From: an uncultured Candidatus Poseidoniales archaeon
Lineage (GTDB): Archaea > Thermoplasmatota > Poseidoniia > Poseidoniales > Poseidoniaceae
Direction of reading: 5' to 3'
DNA length: 64,000 bases
NCBI GenBank assembly: GCA_964526385.1
Contig: CAZGJD010000002.1
Coordinates: forward strand, 40,799-104,798
The notes under the pieces are model-generated. The model made no database searches. It was not told the DNA's origin and was given only the letters and a program-made list of their open reading frames with translations. A program made the translations under genes and the position numbers. Shown in pieces: positions 28,023 to 37,746 of this stretch; positions within the stretch are counted from its first letter, which is position 1, and the number at the start of each line of letters is the position of its first letter.

Positions 28023-29843
28023 TTACTCTACGGTCACAGACTTTGCAAGATTACGAGGTCTATCTACGTCGCATCCCCTTGACAATGCTGTTTCATAAGC
28101 AATCAATTGCGTTGGGATTACAGTAAGCAACGGGGTAAGTAACGAGTCGCAATCTGGTATAGGAATCGAAATATCAGCTTCTGATGCTATTTCATCTCCT
28201 TCAGTGTGTATCAGGATAATTTTTGCGCCTCTAGCCTTACACTCATGGACTGATGACATTGTCTTGTCCCTATGTTTGTCGTTTGGAGCAATTACTACTA
28301 CAGGGCTTCCTTCCTCGAGTAGAGCAATAGGCCCGTGCTTCATTTCCCCTGAAGGGTATGCAAGACATGGGATATATGCGATTTCCATTAGTTTCAAAGC
28401 ACCCTCACTCGCTACTGCGGAAGAGTGTCCTCTACCCAAAAATAGTACACTTTTTGCATCTTTTAGCAATTCTACTGCTTCGTTGATTGGCCCTTGGTTT
28501 GAAAGGTACGATTCCATCAAGTTAGGTATTTTCTCGAAATTTTTGACAATGCTTTGCCCTCTTTCTCTTGAGAAGGAGCGAGTCCTTCCAATTCTTATTG
28601 CAAAGAGAGTAAGTGCAGCCACCATGTTCGTGAAAGCTTTAGTTGACGCAACAGATTGCTCTGGACCGCTGTGAATGTAGACTCCTTGACCACAAAGCCG
28701 TGCAATGCTAGAACCGACCACGTTTACGATACCGTGAACCTCCCCTCCTTTGAGTTGTATTTCTTTGATTGCTGAAATTGTATCTGCAGTTTCACCTGAT
28801 TGTGAAACTGCGAAATGAATAGCGTTTGGATTGATGACTGGGTCCGTATAGCTAAATTCACTAGCTACGTGTTGTACTGCTGGTATCCTAGCTAGGCTCT
28901 CAATAGCCATCTGTCCTATCTTACACGCATTTAGTGCAGTGCCACAACCTATCAACCTAACGTGTGGTGCGGTTCTAAGACGAATTGGGTCGAGATTGAG
29001 ACCACCCAATTTGGAACTGCCATTCGCTAAATCTAATCGACCACTAATGCATCTCCTAATTGCTTCAGGTTGTTCATAAATTTCCTTTAGCATGTAATGC
29101 GGGTATCCCGCAATATCTGCATCACCCCAATCTTCTTCTATTACTGAAAGGGTTGTGTCAGAAACACCTCCTTCTAATCTAGAAATTTCAACTGATGTGG
29201 AGGTTACTGTTGCAAGGTCTCCATCTTCCAGATAATACACATTACTGGTATGTTGTGAAAGTGCATGAGGGTCTGAGGAAATAAAAGTCTCACCGTTCCC
29301 CCTGCCGATAATCAATGGAGACCCGTTTCTTGCGCATATTATTTCATCATGATCTTTGAACAAAACACATAATCCCCATGTTCCAGTAACTCTACGCAAA
29401 GACTGTCTAACAGACTCTAAGGGAGTTTGACCAGATTCGATTCCAATCGAGATCATGTGTACAAGAGCTTCCGAATCCGTATCTGACTTGAACTGATAGC
29501 CCTTTGACATCAGCCGATTCCTAATACCGGTCGCATTATTGATAATACCGTTGTGAACAAGAGCAATTTTTTCATTGCTACACAAGTGAGGATGGGCGTT
29601 CTCATTTGTTACCGAACCATGAGTGGCCCATCTAGTGTGGGCGATTCCTGATTTTCCCTCCAAATGATTTGGGAGAACTTTTGCTAGTTCAGAAACTTTT
29701 CCAACCTTCTTATGAACGTTGAGATAACCATTTTTCACAACTATACCTGATGAGTCATATCCCCTGTACTCAAGACGTCTTAGACCTTCTAGTAGCAAAG
29801 GTGCGGCTGACCGGTTACCAATAAATCCGAATATTCCACACAT
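28023..29843 (-). CDS. glmS: Glutamine--fructose-6-phosphate aminotransferase (isomerizing)
   Basis: N-terminal nucleophile MCGIFGF, two SIS domains, and the characteristic C-terminus LAKSVTVE. Confidence 0.95.
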   Translation of the reverse strand: MCGIFGFIGNRSAAPLLLEGLRRLEYRGYDSSGIVVKNGYLNVHKKVGKVSELAKVLPNHLEGKSGIAHTRWATHGSVTNENAHPHLCSNEKIALVHNGIINNATGIRNRLMSKGYQFKSDTDSEALVHMISIGIESGQTPLESVRQSLRRVTGTWGLCVLFKDHDEIICARNGSPLIIGRGNGETFISSDPHALSQHTSNVYYLEDGDLATVTSTSVEISRLEGGVSDTTLSVIEEDWGDADIAGYPHYMLKEIYEQPEAIRRCISGRLDLANGSSKLGGLNLDPIRLRTAPHVRLIGCGTALNACKIGQMAIESLARIPAVQHVASEFSYTDPVINPNAIHFAVSQSGETADTISAIKEIQLKGGEVHGIVNVVGSSIARLCGQGVYIHSGPEQSVASTKAFTNMVAALTLFAIRIGRTRSFSRERGQSIVKNFEKIPNLMESYLSNQGPINEAVELLKDAKSVLFLGRGHSSAVASEGALKLMEIAYIPCLAYPSGEMKHGPIALLEEGSPVVVIAPNDKHRDKTMSSVHECKARGAKIILIHTEGDEIASEADISIPIPDCDSLLTPLLTVIPTQLIAYETALSRGCDVDRPRNLAKSVTVE

Positions 29844-29852
29844 CTTCGTCCC

Positions 29853-32800
29853 TCAAAGTTTAATCTGTGCTGAACAAATTGGACAATTCATTGTCATGAT
29901 TGTAATATCTTTGATGGTAACACTTGCGCCACATTCTCCACACTTGCCGATTCGTTCTGGAATAGGCAGAGGTGGCAGAGGCATTTCTGCTGGACTTGGG
30001 GGTGCTGGCATGGGTAAATCGGGAGAGGAAATGACGATCTCTTCCTCTTCAACGATTGGCAGTAAGGCACCAGGGACTGGTAAATTCTTAGTTATATTTT
30101 CGAAGATTTCTTTTGCTTCTCTCTCTTCTTTTCTCTTCATTCGTCTTTCTAGACGCTTTGAGCCAGTGCCTGCTTCTACCTTAGCTTCCAGTTCTTCTGA
30201 TAGTGTCAATTCCTCAGGTTCTTCTTCGAGCACTGCTTCGCCAATTGTTACAACGAGGTCATCGCTCTCTTCTTCGAAATCTTCTTCGGTTTCAATTAAT
30301 AACTCAAGGTCACCACTCTCGGCGGAAATCTCAAGTTCCTCTTCATCTGACTGTCGTTTTAGTACAACAACCACGACCAGGAATAAACCGAAAAGGAATA
30401 TTCCGATTCCAGATAAGATCCATAGCTTTTCTACACCTTCTCCCGGAAGCGGAGCCAAAAGATAGTCTAAGAAGCCGTTCTTCTCATCAGATTCTTCCTT
30501 CTGACCCGCAAATAGGAGTTTCTTAGAAGTTACTTGCCCGGATGGGTCAACCATGATTATGAATGCATCGTAACCAATCGAACCTGCTCCTACGATGTAT
30601 CCTTCCGCAATGTTGTTTGAAAGACCGATTTCAGAATCTCCAGCGTTGTAACTACCGTACCTTGTGTATGGTTTTGCTCCTGTAGAGGAAACACCGATTT
30701 CATCATAGAGGAATTTTATTTCTTTGCTTGAAGTTTTGTACAGCACTATCTTCGTGGCACCTGGTGCAGAGATATTCACTGTATTGTCATTTGACCATAT
30801 CGTATTTTGAGCGGCAGCCATAACACTTGTCGAGCGACCAACTCCTTCGATCCATCCGGCGACTAATATGTCCTCCCCTTCGTGCCTCACTATCTCTAAA
30901 TCTTGATTTCTTGCATAATCACCTGCAGGAGCTTGGAAACCGAATGGTGTTTCTGAGATATCTCCGTGGGCGTAAAATAATCCGCTTCTTTCAATGCCGT
31001 TTCCATCATCTCTAATCTGCTGATATAGGAGGTGTATATCATCAGAACCAATTGCAACAGCAATTGCATTACCTTCACTTGGCTTGATATCGATATCGAT
31101 TAAGACATTCATTTTCGTGATCCACGCTGCAGACGAAGAATAGTCATCTTTGTACATCATGAAGACATTGGTGAGGTCATTCCATGACCCACCCGTTTTG
31201 ATGTCCCTATGATATCCTGCTAATACGATTTCATCACCTTTGGAGTGAAGGTCTAAGCCCCAGTATTTCCCCTCCGAGGATTTTAGTGGGTTAAGATGGG
31301 ATGAGACGCTACCCATCTCTCCCAACATGCCAATACTTGCCATACCGACATCGACCATTGTGTAACCAAGTTGGTCTTCGAATCTCTTAGTCCACGCCAT
31401 CTGAACTCTTTCATCATCTCTTAGGGTAAATGCAAATTCGCCAGCCCAATTTTCTTCAACGAGTGTGTCGCTTGGAGTTGAGCCACTTTGAGTAAGGGTT
31501 CTTGCATGGAGTTCCCCGTTGATTGTTGTGAACAACAAACCACCTCCATCAGATGAATCGCCATCCTTTACAGGAATTCCAACAAATCCTAGAATTACCT
31601 CGCCATCAGACAACTGAATTGTACTCTTGGAGGAAACACTGAAATCATCAACGATTACAGTAAACCTGTATTCTGAATATTGTGCTTCAACTCCTGTTCC
31701 TTCCAAGACTGCTCTATATCTGTAGATACCAGTTTCGTCTTTACTGTCGGAAAATTGTGCTTTTGCATAACCAGATGAAATCGATGAACCTGGAACTACC
31801 ATTAATGTTCTAGACTCCATAGGTACCCAATTATCTTCCCATGAATAAAGAGACATCCTGATATTAGTCGCATCATTTTGCCCCAGATTATCGACTCTGA
31901 CATTCATAGTGAACGAATTAATACTATCTCCAAAGTTTGGAGTTGGGATTAATGGAGAAATCGTTACAGCGCTAGTCATAAATCTAAGCATAGGATCTAT
32001 TGGACGTTCTGTAATCATAAACGTAAATGTATACTCATTGTCGGATTGGTCATCATTCGTTACCCCGTTTGGGTCTATTTGTAGTGTTACAGTATGCTCA
32101 CCGGGTTCGGTAGCCCACCACCATAATTTGACCTGAATAGTTTCACCCTCTGAGATTTGAGGTAGTTTACCTTCGCTTGGATAAGTGTTTGATGTTGAAC
32201 CCGGTGCATCTAATCTAAGATGCAAGTCGGAGGCATCAGCGTCGCCGGTATTTACTACTCCAAAATGAACTTCCAAAATTGTGCCAGCCATAGCGGATTG
32301 GGCTGGTAAGTCTTGGTCGTAAACCTGAACAGTTCCTTGGAACCTAAGCTCTGGCGCAGCAGGTAAATTGTCAACCGTAAATGTCCTTCTGGTAATGTCA
32401 GATTCTGTTCCGCTTTCGTTTACCAATCGAATAGAAATTTTGTGTGAACCATCTGGCACTTCTGTTGAATCCCATGTAAATGACCAATCTTGTGGACCAA
32501 AATCCTCCTTATCAAAAGAATACGCATTAAGCCATTCTCCGCTGTTAACTCTGTAAATCAAGTAATCTGGATTTACTCCTTGCGCAGTTCCGCTAAATGT
32601 GGTGTAACCACTTATTATTGAACCGGAGGAAGGAGACCCAAAGTTTGCCACCATTTTTCCGATATTGCCGTATCGAATATCGCTTGATACTAAGTCATCG
32701 ACACCTAATGCCTTGACCTCTATGACGACATTCAATTCCTCGCTGTCATACCACTCGTCCTTGATTAGAACATCTAGATACCAATAGTCATCTTCTCCAC

Positions 32801-34664
32801 CAGCGGTAGTCCAGTCCAATAGGACAACTTCTTCGAAATCTTCCAAGTACTGGACAATTCGGACATTTACATCATTCCAAGGGCCCGTGTTTTCTAATAG
32901 GTTTCCTTCGATTCTGAGTAGTTCATCGGTTACAAACCATGAACCGTTATCTGGAGAGGTTATTTCAACACCCGCTGAGGTATCATTGTCGGGCGGGAGA
33001 ATTACTCCCCCATCTCCGGTTAAGGGAGAACAATTTCTGTCTAGGACAGTATCTACTGCACACGATGCATCAACTAATCCAAATCCCCACTTATCATTCC
33101 AGCGATTGGATACATCCGGTTCGGTTGGGTTTCCCCTCTTCTCGCTTGAATTACGTAGAATGTCTTTGATTTCTTCAGGTGTCAGAGATGAGTCGGCTTG
33201 AAGCATTAAGGCTACAACTCCCGATACCAAAGGTGTAGCCATCGATGTTCCATCCTTTGATTCATAGCCGTCTTCAGCCATTGGTCTAGGAGTTCCAGGT
33301 AGCGAGCCACCAGTTGCCGCTGAGGCTGAAAACATACCGCTTCCGTATGAGGTTACGTCAGGCTTCAATTCATCCCAATCATCGTTATCACTGTCACTTT
33401 CCCTTGGCCCATAATTTGAGTAAGAGGCGACGAAATCATCTGTTCTGTTAATTGAATCAGCATCATCTATCGCACCAACAGTTATTGCGCCATCAGCACT
33501 ACCTGGTGAAGCAATTCGATTGCGTCCATCATTACCAGCAGCTACAACGCAGGTGATCCCGTTTTCTGTAGCGTTATTGACCAATCTTGCTTCAGCACCC
33601 GTTCCGTTGTCACCGCTGTCGTTAGGGTCGAATACGTTCCCAATAGAGCCAAATGACATTTGCCCTATTTGGATGCCTTTTGCTCCGTCACCCCAATTAG
33701 TGTCTCTGTTGTTAATCATCCACTGGATTCCATTTAGTGAGTTTTGAGAATTTGTTCCGCCACTATCTGTTAGGACTTTTACATCAACAAGGTAAGCTCC
33801 AGGAGCGCCTCCGATGTGAACTCTTGATGAATCCCCTGTCCCCAGAGCGATTCCCGCAACGTGGGTCCCGTGCCCCTGACCATCATCAGGGTCTTGTGAA
33901 CCATCCGGATTTGATGCTTGAGAGGTAGCATCGAAACCTGCAACCCATTTCTGATCGTCGTATGAATTTGGATCTAAATCTGGTGCATCGTCTTGGTCGT
34001 CAAAATCATTTAGCGACCTGTGCTCGTTGTCGACACCGCTATCCAATACTGCAATGACTATTCCTTCTCCAGTGTATCCTCTATCGTAAACGGTTCCAGA
34101 ATATACCTCAGATGGCTGGATTCTTGTTGCTGGATTTGCGTTTGCGAGGAAAGGAACCATGACATTCTGCATCTCAACTACAACGACAGATTCGATTGCG
34201 TGAATCTCCCAAAGAGCACTAACTGGGACGTGGTCAACCACTATTGAATCGATTGAATCCATAATTTGAAACCATGAACCTTCGGCTTCCCATCCGTGTT
34301 TCTTCAATACTGCAAGCAATTCCTCAACCTCAACTTCGGTTGGATGCCAAGCAAAGTCTACGACGATAGCAACCGTTTTTCGTCCATCTGAACCGATTAT
34401 TGAGGTGGTTGAAATTGATTCATGGGCCCCTGAAATTACTACTTCTAATCGGTCATCCATACCGTCAAAATTAACATCTGGGCCGTAACTAAACCACCAG
34501 CCATAATCCTCGGACGCAAATCTCCCATCCCTTGATGGAAGCCGGTCTTTGACATCCTCGATTAAGTCGTTTTCAATTTGGCTTGCGGTTGCAAGTGAAC
34601 TCATGGTTGAGAGCAGAAATATCGCAACCAATGCAATCGATTTCACACTCTTCACATAACTCAC
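29853..34664 (-). CDS. Very large membrane-anchored subtilisin-like serine protease (peptidase S8) with CARDB/Ig-like domains, an acidic cytoplasmic tail and a C-terminal zinc ribbon
   Basis: Signal peptide. Catalytic triad contexts VLDSGVD, HGTHVAG and GTSMATP. CARDB-like NTGDADA / NLGQNDA segments. TM helix LWILSGIGIFLFGLFLVVVVVL. Glu-rich tail. The terminal sequence is CGECGASVTIKDITIMTMNCPICSAQIKL. The start codon is GTG. Confidence 0.85.
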   Translation of the reverse strand: MSYVKSVKSIALVAIFLLSTMSSLATASQIENDLIEDVKDRLPSRDGRFASEDYGWWFSYGPDVNFDGMDDRLEVVISGAHESISTTSIIGSDGRKTVAIVVDFAWHPTEVEVEELLAVLKKHGWEAEGSWFQIMDSIDSIVVDHVPVSALWEIHAIESVVVVEMQNVMVPFLANANPATRIQPSEVYSGTVYDRGYTGEGIVIAVLDSGVDNEHRSLNDFDDQDDAPDLDPNSYDDQKWVAGFDATSQASNPDGSQDPDDGQGHGTHVAGIALGTGDSSRVHIGGAPGAYLVDVKVLTDSGGTNSQNSLNGIQWMINNRDTNWGDGAKGIQIGQMSFGSIGNVFDPNDSGDNGTGAEARLVNNATENGITCVVAAGNDGRNRIASPGSADGAITVGAIDDADSINRTDDFVASYSNYGPRESDSDNDDWDELKPDVTSYGSGMFSASAATGGSLPGTPRPMAEDGYESKDGTSMATPLVSGVVALMLQADSSLTPEEIKDILRNSSEKRGNPTEPDVSNRWNDKWGFGLVDASCAVDTVLDRNCSPLTGDGGVILPPDNDTSAGVEITSPDNGSWFVTDELLRIEGNLLENTGPWNDVNVRIVQYLEDFEEVVLLDWTTAGGEDDYWYLDVLIKDEWYDSEELNVVIEVKALGVDDLVSSDIRYGNIGKMVANFGSPSSGSIISGYTTFSGTAQGVNPDYLIYRVNSGEWLNAYSFDKEDFGPQDWSFTWDSTEVPDGSHKISIRLVNESGTESDITRRTFTVDNLPAAPELRFQGTVQVYDQDLPAQSAMAGTILEVHFGVVNTGDADASDLHLRLDAPGSTSNTYPSEGKLPQISEGETIQVKLWWWATEPGEHTVTLQIDPNGVTNDDQSDNEYTFTFMITERPIDPMLRFMTSAVTISPLIPTPNFGDSINSFTMNVRVDNLGQNDATNIRMSLYSWEDNWVPMESRTLMVVPGSSISSGYAKAQFSDSKDETGIYRYRAVLEGTGVEAQYSEYRFTVIVDDFSVSSKSTIQLSDGEVILGFVGIPVKDGDSSDGGGLLFTTINGELHARTLTQSGSTPSDTLVEENWAGEFAFTLRDDERVQMAWTKRFEDQLGYTMVDVGMASIGMLGEMGSVSSHLNPLKSSEGKYWGLDLHSKGDEIVLAGYHRDIKTGGSWNDLTNVFMMYKDDYSSSAAWITKMNVLIDIDIKPSEGNAIAVAIGSDDIHLLYQQIRDDGNGIERSGLFYAHGDISETPFGFQAPAGDYARNQDLEIVRHEGEDILVAGWIEGVGRSTSVMAAAQNTIWSNDNTVNISAPGATKIVLYKTSSKEIKFLYDEIGVSSTGAKPYTRYGSYNAGDSEIGLSNNIAEGYIVGAGSIGYDAFIIMVDPSGQVTSKKLLFAGQKEESDEKNGFLDYLLAPLPGEGVEKLWILSGIGIFLFGLFLVVVVVLKRQSDEEELEISAESGDLELLIETEEDFEEESDDLVVTIGEAVLEEEPEELTLSEELEAKVEAGTGSKRLERRMKRKEEREAKEIFENITKNLPVPGALLPIVEEEEIVISSPDLPMPAPPSPAEMPLPPLPIPERIGKCGECGASVTIKDITIMTMNCPICSAQIKL

Positions 34665-34680
34665 CCGCCCTACGGGCGGG
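34664..34680 (-). promoter_or_regulatory. GC-rich stem-loop (7-bp stem, 3-nt loop) abutting the GTG start of the subtilisin gene
   Basis: Plus strand CCCGCCC-TAC-GGGCGGG. The arms at 34664-34670 and 34674-34680 are perfectly complementary. It lies 46 nt downstream of the rhomboid stop, and its last base is the first base of the start codon. Confidence 0.4.
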
Positions 34681-34725
34681 CATCATATCAAATGAACCTT
34701 GGGTGAGTTAGATTACACTTTTTGG

Positions 34726-35619
34726 CTAAGGCCATACGAAATGTGATGATGCGGACTTACATCTAATTCGCATTTTCTTCATTTCTAATCCTGATTGGCA
34801 AACTGGACATTTTGCTCGGTCTGTAATTTCCTCAAGCCAAGCCTGTCTGGTCTCTTTTTCATCACCCTCCTCGATTAATCTCTTGACTAAATCATCTACT
34901 CCCACAAGCGGGCAATTTGGTGAAATTTCTGTGAGTTCTGCCTCTGACTCCCATTCAATTCCCCGCTTGAGTATTGGCAAAAAGGCATATGCTGCTATGA
35001 AACCGCCTAGGTGAGCTACATGAGCGACATGAGAAATTTCTGATAAGCCATAAACCTGATATGCTTTTACTATTTCAAGTCCAAAGTAAATCAGAGCGAT
35101 GAATTGTACTGGCCACTTTCTAATCAAAATAAATGGGAAGAACACTTCATCCTTAGGCCAGCCACAAAGATAGGCACCAAGTATCCCAAATGCCGCACCT
35201 GATGCACCCACAGCGGGTGTGTAAGATCCTGAATTTGCTATTGTCCAACAAATTGAGCCACCAAGAAGGCCAATCATGTATGAGATTAACCACTTATTTC
35301 GCCCTAACCTTTCTTCAAGTGGAATGCCAACTAAAGCGATAATTATGATGTTACTCAAGACGTGTAGAGCATCTCCTGGTGAATGAACGAACCCACTGGT
35401 TATCAAAGTGTGAAAACTACCCTGTTCGACAAATGCAGGAACCATAATTACGTAACCATACAAAATATATGCCCCAAAAAAATTCCATATTAGTTGAACG
35501 ATATATCCAAACAAAAGCGATAGTGTCATCGCCATTGCAATCGATGCTTTGTTGTAATATGCCCAAGCAAGAGGAGCAATAATTGCGGATATCCAAATCA
35601 CAAATAATACTCCCTCCAT
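34726..35619 (-). CDS. Rhomboid family intramembrane serine protease with a Cys-rich cytoplasmic C-terminal extension
   Basis: Catalytic Ser motif GASGAAFG and His motif HVAHLGG in TM helices. The C-terminal tail contains CPLVG...CPVCQSG...RC...H. The ATG at 35619 is preferred, because the longest ORF (35688) overlaps the divergent ABC gene. Confidence 0.8.
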   Translation of the reverse strand: MEGVLFVIWISAIIAPLAWAYYNKASIAMAMTLSLLFGYIVQLIWNFFGAYILYGYVIMVPAFVEQGSFHTLITSGFVHSPGDALHVLSNIIIIALVGIPLEERLGRNKWLISYMIGLLGGSICWTIANSGSYTPAVGASGAAFGILGAYLCGWPKDEVFFPFILIRKWPVQFIALIYFGLEIVKAYQVYGLSEISHVAHVAHLGGFIAAYAFLPILKRGIEWESEAELTEISPNCPLVGVDDLVKRLIEEGDEKETRQAWLEEITDRAKCPVCQSGLEMKKMRIRCKSASSHFVWP

Positions 35620-35673
35620 GTATAGGCGGAGGAGTAGGTGCTTTGAAGCCAATGCGGTGTTTGGAGTGGAATA

Positions 35674-36849
35674 ATGGGAATTATCCAACTATCTGATGTG
35701 ACCGTCCAACGAGGGCGTTCAACGGTATTGGATAATTGGTCAATAACGGTAGACAGCGGAGAAGTTGTTTGCTTATTTGGAGAAAATGGTTGTGGAAAAT
35801 CTACAGTAATTGAAACCGCTGCCGGTTTGCTACCGATGGAGAACGGTGTTGCCACCATTTCAGGACAATTAATCAGGGATTCGGCCGGAAGAAGAGGCAG
35901 AACTCTATTCGGATTATGCTTGCAAAGCGATTGCGTAATGGGTGATGAATTAGTTGGAGAGCGATTGTTGGATGTAGCAGGGGTTAAATTCGACGTTGAA
36001 TCACTACTCAAACAGTGGGGTTTAGACCACAGAATGTATGACAGAGTTGCAATGTTATCTGGAGGTCAGAGAAGAAAATTAGCAGTTTTATCAGCTATAG
36101 TCCCGGCTTTGATTTCCGGCGAAAATACGGCAATTTTACTTGATGAGCCGGATAGTGGACTTGATTCAAAGTCGGTAGACTTGTTGTGTAAAACCTTGCG
36201 CAATTTAGCGGCAGGGGGCCATTCAATCCTGATTTCAAGCCATAGTTCGAAAATTCAAAAATGTTCAGATAAAACGGTTTCATTTCCGTTCGAGATTAAG
36301 GAAAATGAATGCCAAAAGGGAGTATTTGAAAAAATTGAAACCACTTCCCCTCACAAAGGTAATATTGGCCACAGGCTCAATATTAGGACCTTGGCTGGAT
36401 TAGCAAACAACGGAATTTCAGGACTGTTAGTTCTTGGCGCAATGTTAGCACTGCTTGACCCCGCTAATCTAGATTCAAGGACGGAAATTGCATTCATCCT
36501 TGCTCCTGCATTAGCCGCTGGATTGACGGGAAATCCAATTCATAAACTGACTATGGAAAATCGTACATTTGCATGGTGGAAAACAAGATCTTCAATTCCA
36601 CCTAACGCTTTACTACACTCTTTCATTTTATGTGGGTTGTTGACAATGTTAGCATCAACCATCACGGGAGAATTCAATGTTGAATTGATTTTAGTGGGAG
36701 CATTACTCGGTGCGATTACAGAGGCAGTAGTAGGTTGGATTTCTCACTCAACGCTTTCGTTAGCGAGACCAAATGCAGTAATGATAAGATTGTTGACTCC
36801 AATTCTAATCTTGCCTTGGGCTATAATCGTCGATACTCTATCATCGTGA
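35674..36849 (+). CDS. ABC transporter ATPase fused to a C-terminal multi-TM domain; CcmA(-B)-like by context
   Basis: Walker A GENGCGKST, signature LSGGQRRKL and Walker B LLDEPDSGLD. The C-terminal ~170 aa has about 4 hydrophobic helices. The gene lies immediately upstream of ccmC. Confidence 0.6.
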   Translation: MGIIQLSDVTVQRGRSTVLDNWSITVDSGEVVCLFGENGCGKSTVIETAAGLLPMENGVATISGQLIRDSAGRRGRTLFGLCLQSDCVMGDELVGERLLDVAGVKFDVESLLKQWGLDHRMYDRVAMLSGGQRRKLAVLSAIVPALISGENTAILLDEPDSGLDSKSVDLLCKTLRNLAAGGHSILISSHSSKIQKCSDKTVSFPFEIKENECQKGVFEKIETTSPHKGNIGHRLNIRTLAGLANNGISGLLVLGAMLALLDPANLDSRTEIAFILAPALAAGLTGNPIHKLTMENRTFAWWKTRSSIPPNALLHSFILCGLLTMLASTITGEFNVELILVGALLGAITEAVVGWISHSTLSLARPNAVMIRLLTPILILPWAIIVDTLSS

Positions 36850-36852
36850 ACA

Positions 36853-37581
36853 TTGAATAATGAAACCTTGTGTGGTCCAAACATGAGAAACTGGGGTCAA
36901 TCCCTTGCTATTATCGGTCTAACCGGTGCTGGATTGACATTATGGTTAGGATTTATGTGGGCTCCATCCGTTTCGATTGATGCTTTCAAAGCTCCTGAAG
37001 CACAGCGAATTTTCTATTGGCACGTGCCTAGTGCTTGGGCCGCAATGATTTCTTTTACTACGTTATTTATAGGCTCAGTTGTTTGGTTTTTCAAAAGGAG
37101 TGAATGGGCCTGGAGAATGCATGTTGCAAGCACAGAAGCAGGTTTGGCTACAGGTATGATGGCGGTTTGGTCTGGTTGTATATGGGGCGCTGCTGAATGG
37201 GGAGTTCCATGGGATTGGACTGATGTAAGATTGAACACTTTTGCTATACTAACTCTACTTTCCCTATACCTAGTGTTGGGCAGAAAGTCACAGCCAGACG
37301 GCATTGAAACAAGAGACACATTTTCTGCATTTGGAATGTACGGATTCATCCTTGTTCCGGTGACATATATCGCTACAAGACTTTGGCAAATTCGCCACCC
37401 TGGACCGGTTGTTGCTACTTCAGAAGGTTCCTTGAATTCTGACATGGGTATCGTTTTATTGGTTGGAGGAATTTCATTTTCAATATTGGTGATTGGGCAC
37501 ATAATTTCAGGGATGCGTTTAACAAAACTACAAATGCAATTTGAAGAGTTACAGGCTAAGTACGAGGGGGCAGTAAAGTGA
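36853..37581 (+). CDS. ccmC: Heme exporter protein C (System I cytochrome c maturation)
   Basis: RIFYWHVPSAW, the WWD-type tryptophan-rich motif WGAAEWGVPWDWTDVRLN, and the distal His RLWQIRHPG. Confidence 0.85.
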   Translation: MNNETLCGPNMRNWGQSLAIIGLTGAGLTLWLGFMWAPSVSIDAFKAPEAQRIFYWHVPSAWAAMISFTTLFIGSVVWFFKRSEWAWRMHVASTEAGLATGMMAVWSGCIWGAAEWGVPWDWTDVRLNTFAILTLLSLYLVLGRKSQPDGIETRDTFSAFGMYGFILVPVTYIATRLWQIRHPGPVVATSEGSLNSDMGIVLLVGGISFSILVIGHIISGMRLTKLQMQFEELQAKYEGAVK

Positions 37582-37727
37582 ATGACGTAACATATCTCGC
37601 TGTAGCTTACCTCGGCATGGTTGCAGGTATAGCCGTTTGGACTTGGACCGTTTTCGCAAGGTCGAAATCCCTTGAGGAGAAGATTCGTTCTTTGGAGAAG
37701 GCTATTACCAATGATGAGTCAGAGTAA
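37578..37727 (+). CDS. ccmD: CcmD-like small single-TM protein (not in the supplied ORF track)
   Basis: The GTG at 37578 overlaps the ccmC stop (GTGA). The 49 codons read VNDVTYLAVAYLGMVAGIAVWTWTVFARSKSLEEKIRSLEKAITNDESE, one TM helix followed by a charged tail. Both its position and its size match CcmD. Confidence 0.55.
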   Translation: MNDVTYLAVAYLGMVAGIAVWTWTVFARSKSLEEKIRSLEKAITNDESE

Positions 37728-37746
37728 ATCAATCGCAGGTGATTGA

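Noticed and set aside
29896-30465. 189-aa Ser-rich ORF on the plus strand within the subtilisin tail, and a 207-aa Ser-rich ORF at 44599-45222 (minus).
   Set aside because: Both are the mirror image of Glu-rich coding sequence: GAA/GAG codons read as TTC/CTC and Ser codons on the opposite strand. They are a compositional artefact.
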